DNA of 64,000 nt from the NCBI GenBank assembly GCA_045628045.1, contig JAZQOV010000003.1:1-64000 (forward strand). Direction: 5' to 3'. The translations under genes and the position numbers were made by a program. The notes beneath the pieces are model-generated. The model ran no database searches, was not told the origin of the DNA, and saw nothing but the letters and a program-made list of their open reading frames with translations. The DNA is from Bacilli bacterium (lineage in GTDB: Bacteria > Bacillota_I > Bacilli_A > RFN20 > CAG-826). How positions within the stretch are numbered: position 1 is the first letter of the stretch; each line of letters opens with the position of its first letter. Positions 56,755 to 64,000 of the stretch are shown here, piece by piece.

Positions 56755-59350
56755 AATTGTCAAATTCATCATTTTCGTCTGGAACAAGAGTTGATTGCTC
56801 AATGCTACCTTGTGGTTGTGCACCAGGGACGTAGCCAATAACTTTAGATCCTCTTGCGTCACCAGTTGGCTCAACAACGCCTTCTTCAACAAGTCTATGG
56901 AACATTTTTCCAGCTCTAGAGAAGCCCATTCCATAGGTTCTTGTAATGTAAGAAATTGAGAAGAATTCTCTATAACGAGTATCGTCTTTAATACGTTGAT
57001 AAACTTCTTCTTCAGTTTTGGATTTGTCTATAGGATCAACCTTAGGTTCATCATAATGTTTTTCTTCAACAACTGGTTCCAAATTTACAAACATTGGGTC
57101 AAATTGAGGTTGATAATGTTCTCTTAAGAAATCGCAAACTCTCATAATTTCAACTTCTGAAACATAACAACCTTGTGCACGTGGCTTCATAGTTCTAGAA
57201 ATAAGAGGGCAATCGATAAGCATATCGCCATGTCCAAGAAGCTTTTCAGCACCGCCAGTTCCAATAACTGTTTGTGAGTCAATTGCAGATGCACAGCTAA
57301 GCGCTACACGAGTAGAAACGTTTGCTTTAATTGTACCGTCAACTACGTTGACACTTGGACGTTGGGTTGCAAAGATGATATGAATACCAGCAGCACGAGC
57401 TTTTTGAGCAAGTCTAACAACTGGCTCTTTAATTTCTTTTACGTTTTCAACTAAATCTGCGTATTCATCAATAACTACCACGATGTAAGGAAGAGGTTGA
57501 AGACCAGCAGTTTTAGCAAATTTATTAAAACCAACAATATCTCTAACTTTGTTATCCTTAAATAGGTTATAACGTCTTTCCATTTCTGAAACGAGTTTGT
57601 TAAAGGCAACAAGCACCTTTTTCATATCAGAAATGACTGGACATAAAAGATGTGGAATATCATCATAATAATTCATTTCAACCTTCTTTGGGTCAACCAT
57701 GATGAACTTAAGTTCATCTGGTCTATTTCTCATAAGAAGAGTAATGATGACTGAGTGAACAAATATTGATTTACCTGAACCAGTAGTACCAGCGATAAGC
57801 ATGTGTGGGAAATCAACTAACTTAGCATGCTGTAAATCGCCCGAAATGTCTTTGCCAAAAGGAATTTCAAGTCTATTTTCTTCACCTTTTGGAAGTTCTT
57901 CCACAACTTCACGAAGGTAAACATTAGTTCTTATTTCGTTTGTAACTTCAAGACCAGAGGTAGATTTACCTGTAACAATAGGAACAAAACGTACTGCAGC
58001 ACCATTTAATCTTAATGATATATCAGTGATATATTTTTGAATTACAGTAACTGTCGAGTTAGCATTTGTTTCAACATCAAATCTTGTAACAGAAGGTCCA
58101 ACAACGTAAGAAACAACTTCGGCACCAATGCCTAAATTTCTAAATGTTGTGTTTATTGTTTCAACTCTTTGCTTACAAGATTCATCGATTGATGCTTGAT
58201 CAACATTTGATTCATTAAGGTCTAATAAATCAATACTTGGATAAATATAGTTCTTAAGAATATTAGCTTTTGGTTGAGGTCTATTCTCGTAAGGAATGCT
58301 TTCAAGCGGATCTTTTTCAATAACAGGAGGTTCATCTTCTTTTATTGGTTCTGAAATTTCTGGTTGTACTTCTACCCTTTCCATTTCTGGTTCATGATAG
58401 ACTTCTTCAGAAGTATTTTCTTCACTTATAATACTTTCAGTATTATTAATAGGTTCTTTTTCCTCAATAATTTCTTCTTCAAAATCAGGTTTTGTAAACG
58501 AATTTTCATTTGTCTCTTCAGAAGTATTTTCTTCTCCTTTTAAAACAAAGTGAGCCTTCTTTAAATCGTATTCATTATTAATTGGCGCGCTGGTGTGGAA
58601 GGACTCGAAAATAGGACGATTATCATACACAGGAGTTTCTTCTTTTTCTTCAACTACAGGAGCAGGAGTTTCCTCAACTGCAGCTTGAGGCTGAGCTTCC
58701 ATGGTTTCAATTTTTACTTCTTTGAAAACATCGTCATCACCATCTCGTTTTTTCTTGAAAAGTTTCCCAATATGGAAAACTTGAGCATTAAACACCATAA
58801 CCATCCCACCAAGAAAGAACAACCAACACACAATGTTGAGTCCAACAGGTGAAATCGCACTATTAAGTGCGCCAGCAAAAAGAAAGCCAACTTTACCACC
58901 ACCAAGTTTAATGCTTGGACCAAAGCTTGCATTTGTTTCTTTAGCAACAATATCAAACACTTCCATTGAGTTGGAGAATGTTAAATATTTAGCAGTCCCT
59001 TCTTCTGTTGTGCCTTTTCCAACAATTTCCAAACCATTAATGGTTGTTCCTATTGAGGACCAATGCGAACATAAGATAAGTAAACACAAAATTATTATGA
59101 CAAGTCCCCACATGGTAACGCCCATTTTTAATTTAATTAAGCGTTTTCGGAAAATTAAGTAAAAACCTATAATTACAAAGTAAGGCATTATTACCCAGAA
59201 TCCAACAAAACCAAATGAGTGTGTTATTGCAGTCATAAGGAAACTAAATGGAGTTCCATTTGAGAATAAAACAACAAGCGGGAAAAGGATGGAACAAATT
59301 CCACCAATGAATGATATTGAATTTTTCGTAATTCTGTATTTCTCGTTCAT
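56753..59350 (-). CDS. ftsK: DNA translocase FtsK/SpoIIIE
   Basis: N-terminal TMs, acidic linker, GTTGSGKS, DPKKVE, IDEYAD, ATQRPS, GAEKLLG.GDML and gamma domain. Confidence 0.95.
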   Translation of the reverse strand: MNEKYRITKNSISFIGGICSILFPLVVLFSNGTPFSFLMTAITHSFGFVGFWVIMPYFVIIGFYLIFRKRLIKLKMGVTMWGLVIIILCLLILCSHWSSIGTTINGLEIVGKGTTEEGTAKYLTFSNSMEVFDIVAKETNASFGPSIKLGGGKVGFLFAGALNSAISPVGLNIVCWLFFLGGMVMVFNAQVFHIGKLFKKKRDGDDDVFKEVKIETMEAQPQAAVEETPAPVVEEKEETPVYDNRPIFESFHTSAPINNEYDLKKAHFVLKGEENTSEETNENSFTKPDFEEEIIEEKEPINNTESIISEENTSEEVYHEPEMERVEVQPEISEPIKEDEPPVIEKDPLESIPYENRPQPKANILKNYIYPSIDLLDLNESNVDQASIDESCKQRVETINTTFRNLGIGAEVVSYVVGPSVTRFDVETNANSTVTVIQKYITDISLRLNGAAVRFVPIVTGKSTSGLEVTNEIRTNVYLREVVEELPKGEENRLEIPFGKDISGDLQHAKLVDFPHMLIAGTTGSGKSIFVHSVIITLLMRNRPDELKFIMVDPKKVEMNYYDDIPHLLCPVISDMKKVLVAFNKLVSEMERRYNLFKDNKVRDIVGFNKFAKTAGLQPLPYIVVVIDEYADLVENVKEIKEPVVRLAQKARAAGIHIIFATQRPSVNVVDGTIKANVSTRVALSCASAIDSQTVIGTGGAEKLLGHGDMLIDCPLISRTMKPRAQGCYVSEVEIMRVCDFLREHYQPQFDPMFVNLEPVVEEKHYDEPKVDPIDKSKTEEEVYQRIKDDTRYREFFSISYITRTYGMGFSRAGKMFHRLVEEGVVEPTGDARGSKVIGYVPGAQPQGSIEQSTLVPDENDEFDN

Positions 59351-59391
59351 ATTTTTGTTATTTTATCATAATAAATAAATTAATACAAGTG

Positions 59392-61062
59392 TTAATTTAT
59401 TTCTACAATTATTGGAATAATTACTGGAGACTTATTAATAGCTCTTTTAATTGCCTTGAAACAAATGTCTTTTGTGGTTTGTTCCATATAAGCAATTGAG
59501 TAATTCTCTTTAGCGAGTTCGTTGTTTATAGATGTGACAAATAAACGTGTGATTTCACGAATAAGTCCTTCGTTATCCTTAAGGAAAACAAGGCCTCGTG
59601 CTTGAACATCTGGTCCAGCAACGATTTCGTGCTTGCTTTTCGAAATGGTCAAACCTAAAACAACAACGCCTTCGTCAGATAGTTTATTTCTTTCTTCCAA
59701 AACTTCGGACCTAACATCACCAATACCTTTGCCATCAACAAAAACATCTCCGGCAACAACTTTATTAGGTAAAAGTTTTCCAAATCCTGCTTCAAATTCG
59801 ATAATATTACCATTATCAACAATGAATACATTGTTGTGATTAAGGCCAATATTCATATTAAGTGCAACCATAGCACAAGCCAAGAGCTTAACAAATTGAG
59901 CTGTAACCGGAACTAAATATTTAGGCTTAAACATTGCGATTAAATATTTAATATCTTCTTCGCAAGCATGCATTCTGGAATATTGTTTTCCTGGCTTAAT
60001 AATGTTACATCCGGTTTTATATAATTCGTTGATTGTGTCTGTAGCAATAGTCTCAATTTCTTGAGTTATATGGCTTCCATAAATAAATGTGTCAGAGTCT
60101 TTAATAAAGACAATCTTTTCATCATTTTTTCTACTTGCTAAAAGTGAAATCTTTAGATTTAACTTTTTAGCGAATCCTGTCATAAAAATCAAAACTTCTC
60201 TTGGTCTTAAACGATTTACATCTTCGATTGTTGCTAAAGAGTCATTTTTAATATTTAAAAATCCTTCAGAGTTTAATGTATTTACAAGTTCAGATGAATT
60301 TTCATCATAACAAATAATTTTTCTCCCATTTTCAACTGCAGTATTTAAACATTGGATAACGTTAAATAAATTTAATTGGTCTACTGCAAGGAAAATGCGG
60401 CCTTCTTTTTCAAAGACATCAGGATTTAGAATTTTAAGTAATGAATAGTTTGGAGAACAATATCCAGTCTTATCAGCATTTAATGCATCAAGTAATAAGA
60501 CTAGAGTCTTCTTTTCACAAACTTTTGCGATTTTTTGCTTATCGAAAACGAATCCTTTTTCAAAGTCGTTATGCGCAACAGCGTTTGAAATATAAACAAT
60601 ATTTCCTTGATCAGTATCAATTGAAATTCCAACTGACTCAGCGAAATTAGAAGTAACTCCAAAGAAAGAAATTTTTCTATTTGCTAAAAGCAAATCTTCA
60701 TCAGTTTTAACAATTGTAATTGGTAATTTTTCATAATTAAGTTTGTTATGAACACAAAATCCTTTTAAAAAGTCATTCGTTACTCTTGTGCAATAAATTG
60801 GAGCCGGAACCTTTTCATAAATGAAAGGAAGTGCACCAAAGACTGAATCAAAACCATGAGTGAGAAAATAACCTTTAACTTTTTCCTTGTTTGCTAAAAG
60901 ATAATCATAACGAGGAATGATAAAATCAATTCCTGGATTTGTTTTATCAGGAGTTTTAAAACCAGCACCGATAACAAAAATATCGTTGTTGATTTCAATG
61001 GCGCACATATTTTTGTAAAGTTCATCTTGTCCGCCTAGAAAAATAAGTTTAATTTTATCCAT
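59392..61062 (-). CDS. rnj: Ribonuclease J paralog (RNase J2-like, degenerate active site)
   Basis: LGG..E..KN, PGIDFIIP, KPKY.VP and C-terminal VDG.G.GD..ER..LS.EG..GPD..RG; HxHxDH replaced by HGFDSV. Confidence 0.85.
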   Translation of the reverse strand: MDKIKLIFLGGQDELYKNMCAIEINNDIFVIGAGFKTPDKTNPGIDFIIPRYDYLLANKEKVKGYFLTHGFDSVFGALPFIYEKVPAPIYCTRVTNDFLKGFCVHNKLNYEKLPITIVKTDEDLLLANRKISFFGVTSNFAESVGISIDTDQGNIVYISNAVAHNDFEKGFVFDKQKIAKVCEKKTLVLLLDALNADKTGYCSPNYSLLKILNPDVFEKEGRIFLAVDQLNLFNVIQCLNTAVENGRKIICYDENSSELVNTLNSEGFLNIKNDSLATIEDVNRLRPREVLIFMTGFAKKLNLKISLLASRKNDEKIVFIKDSDTFIYGSHITQEIETIATDTINELYKTGCNIIKPGKQYSRMHACEEDIKYLIAMFKPKYLVPVTAQFVKLLACAMVALNMNIGLNHNNVFIVDNGNIIEFEAGFGKLLPNKVVAGDVFVDGKGIGDVRSEVLEERNKLSDEGVVVLGLTISKSKHEIVAGPDVQARGLVFLKDNEGLIREITRLFVTSINNELAKENYSIAYMEQTTKDICFKAIKRAINKSPVIIPIIVEIN

Positions 61063-61067
61063 ATTTT

Positions 61068-61415
61068 CTACCTATCTACATTCTTTGTTGAAATAATGTT
61101 TACATTAGTTCCTAGAATGTTCTTAATTATAATATCACCAATCTTGATTGGTGAACTAACTTCTATTTTCTTAATTTCTTCCATTGCTTTAGAAATTAAT
61201 TCCTTTGGAATAGGACCACTAGTTTTAACAGGAAGTCTAGTTTCAACTTTTGATTTAATTCTGACAGTCGAGGTGAGCATTCTTACAGGGTGTGTTACTT
61301 CTGCTTTTGCATACATTTCGCCTCTAGGACACGTATTTCCTGTAACGACTAAATTCTCATCAATTACCAAATGACATCCACGTGGACAAGTTATACAAAT
61401 GAGTTCTTTTTTCAT
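61068..61415 (-). CDS. DUF1667 domain protein (CxxC)
   Basis: CITCPRGC..GNTCPRG..P.R.LTSTV; typical third gene of GlpA-like clusters. Confidence 0.88.
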   Translation of the reverse strand: MKKELICITCPRGCHLVIDENLVVTGNTCPRGEMYAKAEVTHPVRMLTSTVRIKSKVETRLPVKTSGPIPKELISKAMEEIKKIEVSSPIKIGDIIIKNILGTNVNIISTKNVDR

Positions 61416-62668
61416 TTTCTTTCCTCCACGTAAACTTTAATTTCGTTACCATTTTTTATAAAAAGATCTTTTGAAACGTTAACAATTTCCATCTCACTAG
61501 GAACGATTGCTGGTTTAAAGATTTTCTTAATAATATTATTGCTTTTAGCAATAATTATATTAATATCTTTCATTGGTTTAGCGACTCTAAACTTGAAAGA
61601 ACAACTGTCTTTAACATCATCAATAAATAATTTTTGAGGAACAACATAGTTAATTCCTAATCCGGGATTAACATCATAAACGTGACCTGTGTGCTTGAGT
61701 TCGCCTTTGAGGTAACTAATCGCACCAACAGCCGCTTCTCTAGCTTCTTCTACTACGTAGTCGACTAAATCATGCACATGCAAAACGTTTCCGGCAGAGA
61801 AAATACCAGGAATATCTGTTTCCATTGCTTGATTAACTTTTGCTCCTCTAGTTTTTGAAAAACTAAGTGGTAATTTGTTAAATAAATCAACATTCGGAAG
61901 TAAACCAACTGACAAAAGTAAAGCATCACATTCAAATTCTATTTCGGTTCCTGGAATAAAATTCATTTTGTCATCTACTTTTGCGATAACAACCTTTTCA
62001 AGGTGAGAGTCTCCAATAACCTTCTTAACAGTGTGACTTAAATATAAAGGAATATTGAAGTCTTGAAGACATTGGACGATGTTTCTATTTAATCCTGCTG
62101 AATAAGGCATTAGCTCAGCTACACCAAGAACTTTTGCACCTTCAAGTGTCATTCTTCGTGCCATAATTAAGCCAATATCGCCTGATCCAAGTATGAATAC
62201 TTTTTTACCTACTAGATAACCATAACAATTGGCATAAAGTTGAGCTTGCCCAGCTGTATAAATACCAGATGGTCTATCACCTGGAATTTGAATAGCTCCA
62301 GCGTTTCTTTCATAACATCCAGTGGTAAGAATAATAGCGTCTGCTTTAACTTCCACTAAACCTTCTTCTCTATTAGAATAAGTAACGACTTTGTCGTCAC
62401 TTATTGATAAGACATTTGATTCAAGTTTGTATTCAATTTTTAACTCTTTTACTTTGTCCGAAAACCTGGTCATAAACTCAGGTCCTGTGAGTTCTTCTTT
62501 GAATTCATGTAGGCCAAAACCATTATGAATACATTGATTTAAGATTCCACCAAGGTAAGCGTTTTTCTCAATAATTAAAATATCTCGTTCACCGAGTTCA
62601 TAAGCCTTTATGGCTGCTGCCATTCCTGCGGAGCCACCACCGATAATAACTAAACGTTTATTTATCAT
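61412..62668 (-). CDS. NAD(P)/FAD-dependent oxidoreductase (GlpB-like partner of G3P dehydrogenase)
   Basis: GGGSAG, GGILNQCIHNGFG, GSGDIGLIMARR and GNVLHVHDLVD motifs. Confidence 0.9.
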   Translation of the reverse strand: MINKRLVIIGGGSAGMAAAIKAYELGERDILIIEKNAYLGGILNQCIHNGFGLHEFKEELTGPEFMTRFSDKVKELKIEYKLESNVLSISDDKVVTYSNREEGLVEVKADAIILTTGCYERNAGAIQIPGDRPSGIYTAGQAQLYANCYGYLVGKKVFILGSGDIGLIMARRMTLEGAKVLGVAELMPYSAGLNRNIVQCLQDFNIPLYLSHTVKKVIGDSHLEKVVIAKVDDKMNFIPGTEIEFECDALLLSVGLLPNVDLFNKLPLSFSKTRGAKVNQAMETDIPGIFSAGNVLHVHDLVDYVVEEAREAAVGAISYLKGELKHTGHVYDVNPGLGINYVVPQKLFIDDVKDSCSFKFRVAKPMKDINIIIAKSNNIIKKIFKPAIVPSEMEIVNVSKDLFIKNGNEIKVYVEERK

Positions 62669-64000
62669 CGTGTTCTCCTTTTATTTCATAAGGCATAACG
62701 AATGAACCAGTTTTTTGAAACATAACTTTGTTAAGTGGAATATTAAATTTCTCTGAAATTATTTTTGCAACAAGAGGTTGGCAGAATCCACCTTGGCATT
62801 TGCCAAATCCTGCTCTTGTACGTTTTTTAATAGCTTTAATTGTCTTTGGAGGAACACTAGTGTTCATCTCAAAAAGAATTTCACCTAAAGAAATCTTTTC
62901 ACAATTGCAAATTATTTGGCCATAATCAGGATTTGCTTTAATAAAAGCATTTCTTTTCTTTAAACTCATTTCGTGAATATTTGGACGTTTTTTAACGTAT
63001 GGATTGAAGTATGGATTTTCTTTTAAATCTATAACTTTTGATACAAATTCATCAACAACGTATTCTGCTATAGCAGGAGAGGAAACTAAACCTGGAGATT
63101 CAATTCCAGAAAGGTTAATGAAATGGTTATCGCTTTTAGCGAATCCAATAATAAAATCATGAGTACTTGGAGTTGGTCTAGTTCCAGCGAAAGTACGAAT
63201 AACTTGATTAAATGGTATCTGTGGTACCATTTCTAATGCTTGTCTCTTGATTGTATCAAGAGTAGGTTTATCTGTTGAAACATCATCTTTAGATGGCATG
63301 GCTTCAGCAGATGGACCCACAAGATAAGTTCCTCCAATGCTTGGAGAAACCAAAATTCCTTTCCCTTTTTCACTTGGAAGAGGGAATATTGTGTGTTTCA
63401 CAAGATCATCTGTGTAATGATCCAAAATGAAATATTCGCCTTTTCTAGGCGATAAAGAATAATCAATAGGCTCCACCATTTTGTGGATTTCATCTGAATA
63501 AATACCTGCTGCATTAATAATAATTTTTGTTTCGTAAGTATTTCCAGACTCACAAATAATGTTATAGAAACCGTTGTTTTTCTTAATAAAAACAACCTTC
63601 TCTTCTAAGAAGAGCTTAACTCCATTATCAACAGCGTTTTCTATAGCATGAACCGATAAAGTGAAGGGATTCACAATTCCTGCACTAGGTGCGAAAAGTG
63701 ATCCCTTCACATTAGGATTTAAATGTGGTTCAGTTTTTAAAGTTTCTGCGGCATTAAGTATTTTTACTTCAACACCGTTTTTAGCACTTCTTTCTGCTAA
63801 TTCCTTTAGTAAAGGAAGTTGTTCATCATAAAGTGCTACAGTCAAAGAACCAATACGTTTCATTTCAACATCAAGTTCTTCACAAAGCTTGTCCATCATT
63901 TTATTTCCTAAAACATTAAATTTTGCTTTAAGCGTTCCAGGAACAGGATCATAACCTGAGTGAATAATGGCAGAATTTGCCATAGTAGTGACGTTTCCAA
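62658..64000 (-). CDS. FAD-dependent glycerol-3-phosphate dehydrogenase-like oxidoreductase with a BFD [2Fe-2S] domain; 5' end lies beyond the window
   Basis: ANSAIIHSGYD, RKGEY, GIESPGL and C.CE..RAGFGKCQGGFC; frame open to the window edge. Confidence 0.88.
   Translation of the reverse strand, partial: GNVTTMANSAIIHSGYDPVPGTLKAKFNVLGNKMMDKLCEELDVEMKRIGSLTVALYDEQLPLLKELAERSAKNGVEVKILNAAETLKTEPHLNPNVKGSLFAPSAGIVNPFTLSVHAIENAVDNGVKLFLEEKVVFIKKNNGFYNIICESGNTYETKIIINAAGIYSDEIHKMVEPIDYSLSPRKGEYFILDHYTDDLVKHTIFPLPSEKGKGILVSPSIGGTYLVGPSAEAMPSKDDVSTDKPTLDTIKRQALEMVPQIPFNQVIRTFAGTRPTPSTHDFIIGFAKSDNHFINLSGIESPGLVSSPAIAEYVVDEFVSKVIDLKENPYFNPYVKKRPNIHEMSLKKRNAFIKANPDYGQIICNCEKISLGEILFEMNTSVPPKTIKAIKKRTRAGFGKCQGGFCQPLVAKIISEKFNIPLNKVMFQKTGSFVMPYEIKGEHDDK

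Noticed and set aside
132-63595. Many 60-150-aa ORFs in the track that are antisense to or nested in long genes (e.g. 16661-17005, 33811-34260, 51414-51812)
   Set aside because: Shadow frames of well-conserved genes, with no SD or recognisable motifs.
1-64000. Mycoplasma-type genetic code (TGA=Trp), CRISPR arrays, tRNA/rRNA genes
   Set aside because: Long ORFs are intact under code 11 and TGA serves as a stop (e.g. ATGA overlaps). No regularly spaced repeats or tRNA/rRNA-like segments were seen.

Overview
A 64-kb, AT-rich, gene-dense segment of core chromosome from a genome-reduced Bacilli (Firmicutes) lineage. Standard genetic code, Erysipelotrichales/Mollicutes-like proteins, possibly an uncultured RFN20/RF39-type gut organism (inference). 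It spans the replication terminus: a 28-bp dif site lies at 11509-11536, gene orientation flips there from mostly + to mostly -, and parEC, xerD and ftsK are in the window. Content is mostly housekeeping: ispG, rpmG, efp, plsY, parEC, yqeG-yqeH-nadD/yqeK, deoB-xerD-dinB, dxs-xseBA-nusB-tkt-aspS-hisS, rel, recJ, secDF, ruvAB, nadE, obg, rplU-prp-rpmA, radC, greA, alaS, mnmA, dtd, pdp, rsmF, plsC, ftsK, an RNase J paralog and a GlpA-like cluster. It also holds the right end of an IS3-family element, two ABC systems and three orphan lipoproteins. I saw no rRNA, tRNA or CRISPR array. The most interesting signals are non-coding or missing from the ORF track: (1) a Phe/Tyr-rich leader-peptide attenuator ahead of a Trp/Tyr-type ABC importer; (2) an alaS T-box with an ultra-short Stem I that appears to act by RBS sequestration; (3) a 21-bp CTACTAA-N4-CTACTAA motif found three times about 8 kb apart around dif; (4) an unannotated 58-aa double-glycine-leader-like peptide coupled to radC, followed by a basic orphan protein and two related hairpin units; (5) a 33-aa PPP-containing sORF beside a non-canonical EF-P; (6) several core proteins lacking canonical catalytic residues (SecDF, YqeH, RNase J). 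All calls come from reading the sequence by eye; no searches were run.
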